Assembly (NCBI GenBank): GCA_030264375.1
Contig: JASCQW010000119.1
Location: forward strand, 9,636,800-9,700,799
DNA length: 64,000 nucleotides
Source of the DNA: Carcharhinus longimanus
Lineage: Eukaryota
Direction of reading: 5' to 3'
Each line of letters starts with the position of its first letter. Position 1 is the first letter of the stretch. The translations under genes were made by a program, and so were the position numbers. Positions 38,767 through 50,860 of this stretch are shown here, piece by piece. The notes under the pieces were generated by a model, which was given only the letters and a program-made list of their open reading frames with translations, did no database searches and was not told where the DNA came from.

Positions 38767-41697
38767 TTACTAACAAATAAATTGGTTGGACTTTAACCTG
38801 GTGTTGTGAGGCTTCTTACTATGAAGTTGCAAAGCAAGATGAAACGAAAGAATATTGGGTCTTGTGTGAAGAATTGTTCAAGCCTGAAGAGAGAATGTTC
38901 TTTCGCTTGGACTGTAGCTTCTAGTGCTCGGCTTAAATTTTGAGAAGGAAAACTTACTGTTTTGGCGATAACGGCCTCGAATGTCTTTGTGCAGTGACAA
39001 GAGGGTTTGGAAAAATGATTGAGGCCGGACTATACTGGAAGCTCCCAAGCCTTTCAAGTGTAGGCAATTCAAATACAATCCCTATCACAGATCCATGGCT
39101 TTCAACCAAACACAGTGAAATAAAACCCCACGGTGCCCCCTTAAAAAGAGGTGAGCCCAAGCTTATTCAGCCCCTCCACATGTGCGTACCCAAGCAACAG
39201 ACGTTTGCTTATACGCTCAAGATTTCCTATCACTACCCATCTTGGTGTTTGACTACCCACCGTGTTTGACATCCCCACGCCCCCTTGTTCAATTGCAACC
39301 TCTGCAAATCACACGGCCCTCCAAAACTAATTGAGTCGCTCTGCACCCTTTACAAACTCTCGCCTTTCCTTCGGTATGGGTGCTCCCCCTTTTCATCCAA
39401 TGCGAACACCCGCCCTCTTTTTTTTATACTAATCACAATTACCGATGTCCAACATCCCGAGCAAATGACCGAAGACCAGCTCATACCCCTTCCTCCCACC
39501 CTCCAACCACCCCCCACCCTCCACCCCCCTCCCCTTACACACACACACACACACACGCACATAATATTCGATCCCCATCGCGCTGCCGACTGCCAAAGCA
39601 AGTATGCCTCACCAACAAACCTATTTAATTCGATGACTGACGCGGCTCCATCTTCACCAATATGATTATCAATTTTAAACAATGTTTTAATTCTGTCTGC
39701 TTTCTAACTGCATTCGAAGAAAAATGAAACGACTTTGGCTTACTCACGCCGATTCCATTGGGATCAATGTTCAGCTAAGGAAGCAGATGTTCTGCTTAGA
39801 TCTTATCCGCCTCGGATTCATTAATAGCAGCATATTAGATTTATTGCTTTGGCTCTACAGAGCGAAGGACAAGGTACTTTATTTGTTAAAATGCGCCACT
39901 GTTGCATCTGTTCTGCTGGTATCGGTGCTTTCGCCTCCAGTACAACACCTCGTCCGCAGTTCCACCCGCATCTACTATACCAGGACATATCTTTCTTAAT
40001 TTGTCAGTCTGCACTGGCGTTCTTTTCCTTAACGCCACTTTTGCTCTTTGCTCTATATTCCGAATTAAGGACCCCGCTAAGTTTCCTTTCCCTCCCCTCG
40101 CTACTAGTAGGTAACTCTCTGCCGGTTACTTTTCTCCCCAGTATCGTCCTCTCCAACTGCACGCTGAACTTCGATTCCACGCCCACTGTATCACCCCGTG
40201 CCAACGCAGTGTTTATTGTTTCTTGGCAGCCAGGCCTTAGGCGAAGAACTTGATGTAAATTTAGTCTGGCTCAGAACTCTCGAGCCAAACTCATTAGGCG
40301 TTTCACTGTTGACATGTCTTCCATTATGAGAATAGGAGAGGGACACGTATTGTCATTGTGGAATACCTCGAGCGATGCTCGGATTTCGAGGTAAAAAGAC
40401 ATGGATTGTCGGGATGCAATTTTATCTACGCAGATTCAGTTATGCGCGAATAATAGGCAGAGAATGCGCTCTCCTCTTAATAAAACATATTTCCTTTTCG
40501 TATTCATCAATGTCCATGGCCTGGTGGAAGCAAATTAGTGCATGATTTGTACAGTTTTAACACCTCCCAAATTTTGAATCTTTCAGTGTTGATGAGAACC
40601 TGTAATGCAAAAATTGCATTGCTTATTCATTCTTCATAGACATTTCAATATTTCACCAAAATATAAAACTTTCTCTGATCTTATCGAATGCAATATTATT
40701 GGCACGTTTGATATGAAGACGTCCGATTTTGCTTGTGTGCACTTCCATGATCAAACTTCAGATTCAACATACTCATCTTTTTCTTTTTTTGTTGTTGGAC
40801 GTCAGAACCGTATGTTGCAGAATGCTTTCTAATAAACATTGAAAAGACCCGGATGAAAAACCTTCATTGTGCAGAGCGGCGTTTCCTCCTTCTTGCAATT
40901 ATCAAGGTTAAATTTATGTTCTGAACAGGACAGACAGGCATAATTTTATTCCACTTTGCCAAATCTGTCAGCAGAGGTTTTTTTTTTCGAAACCGGCTTT
41001 CCGAAAATATATTGTCCAATCAATTGTATCGCGACGTCCAATCAAACGTTAACAGCATTAATCAGAAATATTGTCGGCCCATACATTCGTCTTAGATGGA
41101 TGGAATTTGCAATTGCGTAAGCATATTAACGCAGGAAGGGAATAGAGAACACATGCATTTTCTGCAAAAAAAAAGAAACACATTTAAATAACAAGCAAAT
41201 CAAAGGTGGGGATTTTATGTCACGGAATGGTCAGTAAAGAAATGAGTCATTGTTTAAGAAGTAATTTTCCCAACAAAAGAGTATTTGTCCAATCATAAAC
41301 GCTGCAAATCTCAATTGCCTTTATGTTAAGACATTTTGAGAGGTTACATTGAAATTCAGAGGATTTTTGAAGTGCACAGACTACAACAAATGTTAACCTG
41401 CAGTGCTCCCTCAACTCACGTAACAAAATATTTTAAAATACTTTCACAGCGACTGTCATTCATGAAGTCCCATTTATATAAAAAAGGTAGTTTTTGTTTG
41501 TTTTATTATTCCATCACCAAGGTTGTGTTAGTTGACGACGCAGTGGCTGGGTTTATCATTAATCTTTTGTTTTCAAAATGCATCTAAAATTTTAATTCCA
41601 TTGGCAGTGCAATTGGTTCAAAAATCCATGAAAGTGTGCATCCATTGCCTGCGCCGCTTTGACAGCTCATTATGAAGAATCGTTAATAATAGTACTT

Positions 41698-42415
41698 ATA
41701 AAAGGCAAAATAATACCTCTGATACTGTTCCTGAGTCAAAATACATTGGGTTTTATTTCAAACCTCTGGTGTTCATTCAAGAGCTTTGGGAGAAGCAGGG
41801 ACTACCAAACTTCTCATAGAACACAAACACAAGTGGGCATTTATACATTATGAGTCTTAGTGTCAATCATGATTCAAAGTGTCCCATTCCGGCCAGAACT
41901 CAGGTCTTCCTAACTTGGTCGTGATACAGTCCCATATTTAATCACGATTCACAGTACAGCTGACAGCTGCAGTCATGACACGGGCTTAATGTGTCACGAT
42001 TCAAAACTCTTCTGCAGCAGAACCGGCATCCCTGTCTTTGATGTTACTTGTGCGATCGCGCCTGCACCAGCAGGACTCTTCCTTTTAAAAGAACCCGTAT
42101 CGAAATATGCCATCAGCAGCTGTCAAAAGCCGGAATCATAAACTACCATCTGCGTAAGGATGTCCAACTAACACAAATACGTAAAATTCGCAAAGCCTAC
42201 AAAATAATAGCCACGTTAAAATATCTGCCCTTATAAAAATGAGAGATAAATCATATAATACAATCACAAGTAACTTATATTAATTCCAGGAGCAATACGA
42301 GCTTGAGAAGATCAGTCATGATGACTGATGACTCAGTTTGTGACATATTCTAGGTACAAAATCCATTAATCCTTTCCCTTCAGGTACAACATGCATTCAC
42401 CTTTCCCTTATTGCA
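41698..42415 (-). mobile_element. Solo-LTR-like interspersed repeat, copy B
   Basis: Reverse-complement homology to 8005-8656 over the full length, with an internal extra segment near 41940-42000. Confidence 0.7.
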
Positions 42416-42759
42416 TGCATATACTTCGAGTGCCAAGTTCAGAAGTCGAAAGTGCCCAAGTGAATATTGACAATCCTAGCTGTAGTAAATAAAAAGTTTA
42501 GAAATGTATGGACTTCCATTCAAATGTCATCATTCATTCGCATCCCCAACTGGCTTCCCCCACAACTTCGAACATGTTATCATTCACGCAGAACCGCATA
42601 AACACTAATGCATAGAATCAGTAGAATGTAGAAGGACGCCATGTTGCCCATCGGCTGCACGACCACTTCAAAGGAACACAGTTCCAAGGTCATTGAACGT
42701 GGATCCCACTTCAAAAAAAAGTTATTTGCTGGAATGTGTAAAATTTGACACATCCCTCA

Positions 42760-43100
42760 TATAAGAATCATAGAATCCCTAAATTGCAAAAGGGGAAATT
42801 TAACTCCAGGAATCAGCACCGATGCACTGACGAATTACCTTTCACATACATTCTTCCTGGCAAGATCTCGTCGCCTAATAGTTCTTATATGGTTAATGGA
42901 GCTAACCAGCACATCGTGGGGCATAAGAGATCATTTGATACGACGAATCCAAATGAACTGCACATTCGTAGACACGGACGGTCATTCTGCAGTGGTCAAT
43001 TCACCTAACCTGCACAGTTTTCGACTGTCGAAAGAAACCTGAGCAATCGGGGAACACCCACTTGGCTTTTCGAAAAATTGCACACTCCATTCAATAGGTC
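42760..43100 (-). mobile_element. HE1-like V-SINE, old
   Basis: CATAGAATCCCT tail and GGTCAATTCACCTAACCTGCACAGTTTTCGACTGTCGAAAGAAACC antisense V-domain. Confidence 0.75.
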
Positions 43101-43704
43101 ATTGCGTTGTATTCACTTTATTTTCTACAATTTCTTGTGTTACGCTGAATTTGAAGAGTGACTGATCAAGGCGCTTCCACGAGATAGATTAGTACTCCTT
43201 TCACCATTATTTCAACGACCGAAAATTAAATCGAAAGAACGCAGTGGGGCCAAATTTCGGACCCCAAAATCAAGTGTGTCTAATCTGTAACATGCAAAAG
43301 GTTTCCAGTCCCCGTTGTCGTTTAACTGGCCTTGAAAACCAGCACGAGTAAGTCAGTGAGAGCAGGTGCAATGTTACCTTTCTACCACGTTCCGGTTCAG
43401 ATAACTGGTCACTTCAGTCTTCCACAGATCGCAGTAATCAACAAAGAATCAAACCGCTAGTTATTCCACTGTTTCCGTCACTGATATTGCAAAAAAAAAT
43501 TTAATCAGCATTGTTCTTAAGGATTTGTTGTAACTTTGCTTCTTGAAATACTTGTTTGTATAATTCGTAATATTGCCACACCAATTATTCCCAGAAGCTG
43601 TTTCATTTTTTCTTATCGAGACAATCATACTCATTTCAATGGATACTCTATCAGGCAAAATGCTAACCGCTACATCATACTTACCATAACTCGGAAGGAT
43701 ATGA

Positions 43705-43858
43705 TGTGGAGGCGCCAGCGTTGGACTGGAGTAGGCACAATAAACTTTCGGAGAGTTGTTCGTTCCATCAACCTGATCAAGGACCAGCGCTCTGAAAGAT
43801 GTTTTTTTTTCAAACGGACCTGTTGGATTTTACCCGGATATTTTGAGACATTTTAGCA
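43705..43858 (-). mobile_element. Miniature Penelope-derived remnant with decayed hammerhead
   Basis: Same tail (GATGTGGAGGCGCCAGCGTTGGACTGG) followed by an inverted arm with CCTGATCAAGGACCAGCGCTCTGAAAG...CCTGTTGGATTTTACCCGG; TSD GGAAGGATATGAT (43693-43705) / GGAAAGATATGAT (43859-43871). Confidence 0.7.
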
Positions 43859-45964
43859 GGAAAGATATGATCAGGAGGAATTCATATTTTCCCAATCTTC
43901 TTCTCAGTACCAGGGCTCTTCCGTTGTGCAAGGACATTACATCACAGACCTGCAAATGTATGACGTCACTGGTTTCACTAGAAAGTTGATCTGCGGCCAA
44001 TTTTGCCAGACCTATTCGCAAGTTTCCAGATATGCTCACAGCAAATTTCAAAGAACGCTGCAAAACAACCGCTACAATGCGGATTCTGAAATATCAACTG
44101 CAGCCTATGGGAAACAAACCACTAGATCATTGAAAATAGCTTACTGACCCACTGGTCTGTTCCATATATATTGCGAGAATCATGCGCCTTTGAATGTCAG
44201 GGGTGCCTTCAAGTTTTCGTGAAGAGCTGACGAATGCGACCCTGTTGTTTGGGGGCATGTTTCCATCATTTGTCCGATGCCAGAGCATAGACGACTGTCA
44301 CAATTTGGCTGTCATGGTGGCGCCCGTACGTTTCGAAAAGGCTTACTGACAATTGGAGCGCAAATTACATTTATGAAAACAGACCGACATCAAAAAGCCA
44401 ATGCGTATAACCTTAGACCAATACACAATCCAATACATGAAAACAATGCACGGAATACGTACTTCTTTTTTCAGTGATAAAATATGCAATTATTTGTATT
44501 ACCAACAGTAATATGTAGTGTAGTGACGTTTTTATGTGGATAGATTACTTTGATTCGTTTCTCGGGAGGTACTATTTTACTGAGAACACTCGTCTCTTCG
44601 AAATCAATCTTTTTTAACAGAACAGGAAATAATTTGCATGAATGATTTTTTTATTGTTATTGTCGCCGTAATTACGAGAGTCTTGATTGTAATGCAGGAA
44701 CAAATATTGTAGTTTACTTTTGAAGATGTCATCATCAGTATTTCCAGCCTCCCCCCCCGCCCCGCCCCCCTCACTTAAACATCTTCCGCCTCGTGACAGT
44801 CTCCGTCCAGTTTTGTGGCATTTCTGTTTCTTATATTGTGTTTGCATCAGAACCTATTGTTTTAGGTCAATCCGTGACTTGCCACCTTGCCTTCCGACTC
44901 ATTTTAACGACAATTTTACAAACATTCCTAAACATAGCAACCACTCATCAGCATTCACGTTGTGCCGTTACTTTGTGTCTCCCTAGTTTCGCATTTACCG
45001 CACCCTAAAGATCTCCTGGAATATGTATGTTTTTTTTCGGCACCTCTCAGGAAACATTAACTTCGATTAGATCTGTATACTGCGCCGGGATCAATCCGAC
45101 AAAACGATAGCTAATGTCATCTATGGTTTAGAATGCTATTGGTACTTGAATAACAGCTTGTTAGGGTTATTATAAATAGGGTTCGATGATTTTTTTTTAA
45201 ACATGTAAATTCAGAGTTAAGTACCTAGATCGGGCCTCACACGAGAGATCCGTCATTCTGCAGTTCGCATAGCGGAATTTCGGACTCCACTCTAAGTGAG
45301 CACTCCTCTATCGTGCCTTGCGCACCAGAGAAACCACACACACACGGTTATCCAGTCCGTCCTCCTCCCGCAATGAAAGGGTCCGACCCAACTTACCCAT
45401 GTCTCGACCCCGAATGCGCTCTCAACAAAAGTGACATGTCTTCAGAAATAATTGCATCCCCTCAGTCTCACCCGCGCCTCTTCACAATCTCTCTCCCTGA
45501 AGAACAGAAAACTACGCCGCAACAACAGCAAAGCCATATCGAGGCGTTATGTGTAGTGAGTGCTGATCCGAAGTTTACTGTCACTTCCTGCACCCGCACT
45601 TGTGCTATGTTCCGTCAATCGCAAATGACATTGATCGCCAGTATGAAAAAGATTCGGCAGACTTTCTTCTTTTCATGTTTGGCTCCTTGATGATTCCCCC
45701 CACCCCCCCTTTCCTGCTTATATCAATGTCAAACGACCCTCTTGTAACACATCACGACGTTCGAATATTCAATGGAAAATACCGAAAGAAAAAACGTCAC
45801 ACACTAATTCCTACTTACGGACTTTCCTGTTAACCATGTTCATAACTTTTCATCAAGTTAGCCTCGATGGTTTAATATGCACGAAAGATGCACTTTTACT
45901 TCAGTTAGATTTCAGAGTTTGGCATATAAGAGTACGCACATTGGAACAGGTGAGCATATCAACA

Positions 45965-46165
45965 ACAACTGAATATGCTGAAAAACCGTTCTCTCTCCTT
46001 TGTGCCTGATTCCAGTTCTGCATTGTCACTTACCCTGAAGAATCTTTGACTCTCTTGACGTGTACGTATCTACTTACCTCAGTCGCAATTATGTAATATG
46101 ACGCCATCTGTGCCACCTTAATTAACAGATAATTCCAAAGTCAGACCATACTCCCGGGAAATCAA
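45965..46165 (-). mobile_element. Old CR1 3' fragment
   Basis: CTTTGACTCTCTTG...TATCTACTTACCTCAG...AGATAATTCCAAAG follows the antisense CR1 3' end. Confidence 0.5.
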
Positions 46166-47681
46166 CCATGGTTCTCTCAATATCCAGAAAGTCATGCGAT
46201 AAGTTTTAAAACCTTCATATTTTGACGGGTTACATATTTCAGAATTCCACGAGATCGTCTATAATGATAATAATGTAGAGCATCAGTCTCGAGCGGAGTA
46301 AGGGCAATTTCAGGCTCTTTATTTATATGTGATTATGATTGGATGAACCCCCATTCAACGCACTACCCCTGCGCCTTCACCAAAGCCACTCTAATTTAGA
46401 AATGCCAACACAAGTGGCGCCTCGAAATTATGGAACAATTTAGGATCGAATTGTCTCCATCCCGACAACCCACCCTCTTCTCAACCCCAGTGGAAGCAAG
46501 AAAAACTTAATCAACCTAAAATCATAAAATAGCATGCAATGCCCAGATGTTGATCACATCAATATTATATACAGTCCAGATATTAACCAGATGCTGAGCC
46601 ACTGCCAATATGTTCACAACCTTTCTTAAATGGGCAGACCGAGCACGATACTTGATGGTCCTTAGGACCACATTCGTGACTCTTTTTGTGAAGACTCATT
46701 TTGTGATGGAGGCTGAAGAACATATATTGGAGAATGCTAGCAGCAACGAAAATCGGTTTCATGGAAACATTGCAGATCCTGGAACTGTGTTCTTTGGAAT
46801 CATTAAATAATTAAAATAAATAACAAAAAAAAACTGGCCGAAAACTTGGACAAAAACATTTTTGAAGAATTAATAAAGATGCGGTTGTAATGTTCCAAAG
46901 CTTCTATACATGAAGAATTACATGTTCTATATGAAGGGATAAAAATACGGCGACCTGAACGTCAGAAGTCTGGCCTTGTTTTGCTTTGGCAGCAGAATGC
47001 CCTGGCGCAGAAACTCCAATATTCATTCAAAATATGGGAGGAGGAGGACGCAAGGACATACTTCACACGGTCTCCTGAGAGATTGATGTTGACGCAGCAT
47101 ATTTGGATGTGCACGAGCATTGGCGATTATTCCAATGCGCAAGAATATGTCCTTATTTCCTTGGCAAGTTTATCCGCAAAGCAGAATATGGGATTCCGTG
47201 AGACAAAACATGTGTTGAAATGGGAATATATTATCAGGGGTAAGTGATACGGGCGGTGAATATTCTTACAGCTTCTTTGTGGGCGAGAGTTTCAACCCTG
47301 GATTTTCAATGTATAGAAGAGGGAGTGAGAGAGACCAGGACAAATTAATACAATGTGAAATGTGCTGAATGGAGTACTGCAGATTTTGCAATGCGTCGGC
47401 TGTCCCACGACGCATGTCATGGTTAAATAAAACGACCAGACAATGTCAGCTGTCAAACTATTTGATAGCCTCACTCTGCTGGAAACATTTTTCATTGCTT
47501 TTTAAATTGATTGAATCTTAACATCTGAAACAATTGTGCACATCAGAGTTGATGTTTCAAGTAAACTAGGACTATTCATTTGAAATCTTTTTTTAGAGCA
47601 ATTGGGTTCTCCATCAGAATACAGCGGGCAATTTCGTCATTGTTCCCGTAACATTCAATTGCAGCAGAATAAAACGACTAT

Positions 47682-48010
47682 TGGAGTCGTGTGATTGACT
47701 GAGCATGTAAGAGTGAAGGAGAGAAAATGAAAAGGTAAGTCCAAAAGTTCCTGAGTGTGTTATATCTTGCCATCAAGTATTTTTGTTCTGCTGAGTTGTT
47801 GAATGATCTGCCAAATAAATGGCAGTTTGAATGGGCCCGACAAAGAGAATGTCTTTCACAATCAGTTCTCTGTGAATAAATGAGCGAGTGTGGGATATTG
47901 GAAGACTGTGCACATGTCAGTGCCTTGTGCATGTGGTATGTGCATGAATGTGTGTGTGTGTGTGTTTCGATTTCCAAATTAAATTTGGTGGGCTACAACA
48001 ACATCAAGCC
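47682..48010 (+). repeat. Diverged direct repeat, unit 1
   Basis: Colinear with 48665-49045 (TGGAGTCGTGTGATT...CTCTGTGAATRAATGAGCGAGTGTGG...(TG)n...AAGCC). Confidence 0.9.
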
Positions 48011-48664
48011 TGAAGTATCTTATTACCAATCAGCAGTTTTGTAAAAAAATGTGACAAAACCTAATTCATGTATCAATTTACTTTCACTTTCAAAACAAAA
48101 TGCGACATCTATACCACCTACTTTCCTAATTTGAGCCGAAGGCGAGATTGTGTTTTAGGCTGTGTAGAATATTTCACACAATATAATGAGGAAATCGTAA
48201 TCAATAATTCAATTACATGACGCTAAAACTGATGATTTTTTTTCAGAGCTGGAGAAATTGAGACAAGGGTTAAATCAAAGAGGTAATTGCGTGCTTGGAA
48301 TAGTCGGTCTCTTCTTTGAATTATCACTGCTAATTTCAATTTTTGTACAGCTTACAAGTGAAAAAATACGATGCAAAGCCTTCCTCAATCAAAATACATT
48401 TTTCCTCTCTATGAGATACCCCGAGTGTTTCAGGCATTTTACTTATTTCTTCCTGAATTAAACTTTATTCTTCCCATTCCAAATGATTCAATTCATTACG
48501 ATTCTAACTTGATGCTTAAGGTAAGTTCCTGAGAATCAACATCAAATAGCAAAAATGAGCATCGTCATCTTGGAATGTTTAACATTGCACCTTACAATGT
48601 GTCCATGTATGAGTGATTATCTAAGAAAGATAAGGCAGGCGGGATTTTACTGGGAGGGAACTGG

Positions 48665-49045
48665 TGGAGTCGTGTGATTAACTGATCATGTGAAAGTGAA
48701 GGAGAGAATATGAGAAGATAAATGCAAATGTGTCTGAGTGCCTTATACCTTGTTTTCACTTGCCATCACGTATGTTTGATCTGCTGAATTGTTGAGTGAT
48801 CTCGCAAATAAGTGACAGTTGAAATGGGCACGAGAAAGAAATAGACTGTCAGAACCAGCTCTCTGTGAATGAATGAGCGAGTGTGGAATATTGGATGTCT
48901 GTGCATATATCCGTGTCTGTCGCATGTGACATGGGCATGTGTGTGTGTGTGTGTGTGTGTACGTGTGTGTGTGTGTGTGTGTGTGTGTTTGTCTGCATGT
49001 TTTGATTCCCAAGTTAAATTAGGTTGGCTACCAAAATATTAAGCC
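48665..49045 (+). repeat. Diverged direct repeat, unit 2
   Basis: See unit 1; offset 983 bp, with a longer (TG)n. Confidence 0.9.
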
Positions 49046-49505
49046 CTCGGGGCACAGATATTGAAAGTGCATCTTAATGACTTCTGTGCAGTGATAGTAT
49101 GTGCCACATGCATTATATTGCTGACCAAAACAGCAATGTATAAATTGAGATGGGTAGATTAAGTGATTGGAGAAGACTCAGGAAAAGGAATTTCCTTTGG
49201 ATCAGTGAATCGTTAAAATTTCAGAGGAACGTTGGAAAATAAAATTAACATCTCCGTCGGGGAAAACTACAGAGTGTTTTGTTGGAGAGAGATCCTGCTG
49301 TCATGGTGCACGAGTCGCAGAAACTAGTGTGCAGGTGGAGCAGATAGTAAGAATTTCATCTTGAAACTTGACAGTTACTAACACCAAAAATTTCAACAGC
49401 AGTGACGTGTTGTCTGCAGGTGCGCAAAGCATTATGAAGTTAACATGTAGAGAACTGTTTAAAATTGTGTTCACGTTAATTGTGCAAAAGCGTATTGCAT
49501 TGAAA

Positions 49506-49850
49506 ATAAGAACATAAGAAATAGGAGCAGGAGTAGGCCATTGAGCCCTTCGAGCCTGCCCCGCCATTCAGTGAGATCATGGCTGATCTGAAGTGAATCA
49601 GTTCCACTTTTCCGGCTTTCTCCCCATAACCCTTAATTCCATTGTCTGTCAGAAATCTATCCACCCGTGACTTAAATATATTCAACGAGGTCGCCTCCAC
49701 CACTTCAAAGGGCAGAGAATTCCAGAGATTCACCACCGTTTGAGTGAAGAAGGTCCTCCTCAACTAGTTCTAAACTGCCCCCCATCCCCACCCACTGTCA
49801 CCTTATTTTGAGGCTGTGCCCTCTAGTTCTGGTATCATTTCCAAGCGGGA
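49506..49850 (-). mobile_element. Young CR1 3' end
   Basis: ORF 49476-49763 MRRTFFTQTVVNLWNSLPFEVVEATSLNIFKSRVDRFL...GIKGYGEKAG is the CR1 ORF2 C-terminus; CATAAGAA tail. Confidence 0.92.
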
Positions 49851-50097
49851 AGACGAGGGTAGGTGACGTTACGAGGTCTAAAGTTAAGGATAGGGTACAG
49901 GTAAGGGAAGAGGCCGAGGATGCCNNNNNNNNNNNNNNNNNNNNNNNNNNNNNNNNNNNNNNNNNNNNNNNNNNNNNNNNNNNNNNNNNNNNNNNNNNNN
50001 NNNNNNNNNNNNNNNNNNNNNNNNTTGACGTGATCGGCGCAACTCGTGGGCCGAAGGGCCTGTTTGTGCTGTAGTGTTCTATGTTCTATGTTCTATG
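49851..50097 (+). mobile_element. CR1 of a second subfamily, gap-interrupted
   Basis: GTGGGCCGAAGGGCCTGTTTGTGCTGTAG followed by a (TTCTATG)3 tail. Confidence 0.8.
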
Positions 50098-50099
50098 TA

Positions 50100-50860
50100 T
50101 TCAGCTACTCAGCATTTGTTTTAACCACTCATTCAATATTCCACTTTTACTTTCTGTAGCGGACCTACACTTGTCTTCTCCAATATGCTTCTTCTTTGAA
50201 ACGGTAAAATCTCTAATTTCCCGTGTTAACCATGGATTGGCCCTCTTACATATTTTGTTTTTGTGCAGGCAGAAATAATCAGTTGTTGCTGTCCCCCTCA
50301 TGCATTCTTTAAATATTTGTCATTGCATCTACGTTGTTATCTCTTTAATTGCATCTCCCCATCTATCAGATACAACTCATGCCTCATATCTTCCCAGTTT
50401 CCTTTATTCAGCACCTTATTCTCCAAACCACCAACGTTAATCCTTATCTATCTATCCATCTATCTTTCTATCTGTGTGAGTGTGTGTGTGTGTGTGTCTG
50501 ATGTTATGGTCGCTCATCAAGGTAGATGAAGAACCCTTTAGTTGAAGGGTCAGTTCCGATCGGAACGAGTTGAAATTGAGGGGTGAAAGGTTTAGGAAGT
50601 ATCTAGAGAAAAACCGTTTTACTCCGAGGGGGTGACGATTTGAAAAGCGTTTTCTGTGTGGGTGGTGGAGGCGGGATTCTTCTCATCCATTGGGAAATAC
50701 ATGTATGAGTATTTGACACGACATAACATTCAACGGAAAGGGCGAATCACTGACAATTGATATTAGGTTGGCAGGTCAGTGCCTTTCTAGCGGCGGTGCG
50801 GACTCGTTGAGCAGAAGGGCCTCTTCTCCGCCTTATCATTCTGCCATTCTAAGATTCCGT
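50100..50860. mobile_element. Cluster of older CR1 fragments (antisense ~50100-50420, sense 3' end ~50510-50860)
   Basis: AACCATGG (PWL/PWF motif, antisense); GGGGTGAAAGGTTTAGG...GGTGGTGGAGGCGGG...GCAGAAGGGCCTCTTCT (sense 3' end). Confidence 0.65.

Larger units (their letters stand above)
37827..38819 (-). mobile_element. Penelope-derived fold-back element with inverted pLTR arms
   Basis: Arms ~37870-38233 and ~38450-38819 are diverged reverse complements; extra tail TGATGTGGAAATGCCGGCGTTGGACTGGG on the left only; TSD TATGAAGTCTCAA (37814-37826) / TATGAAGTTGCAA (38820-38832). Confidence 0.8.

Noticed and set aside
39720-40260. Possible old Penelope 3' region (similar impressions at ~4650-4970 and ~44650-45100)
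   Set aside because: Only compositional resemblance; no hammerhead core or alignable motif found.
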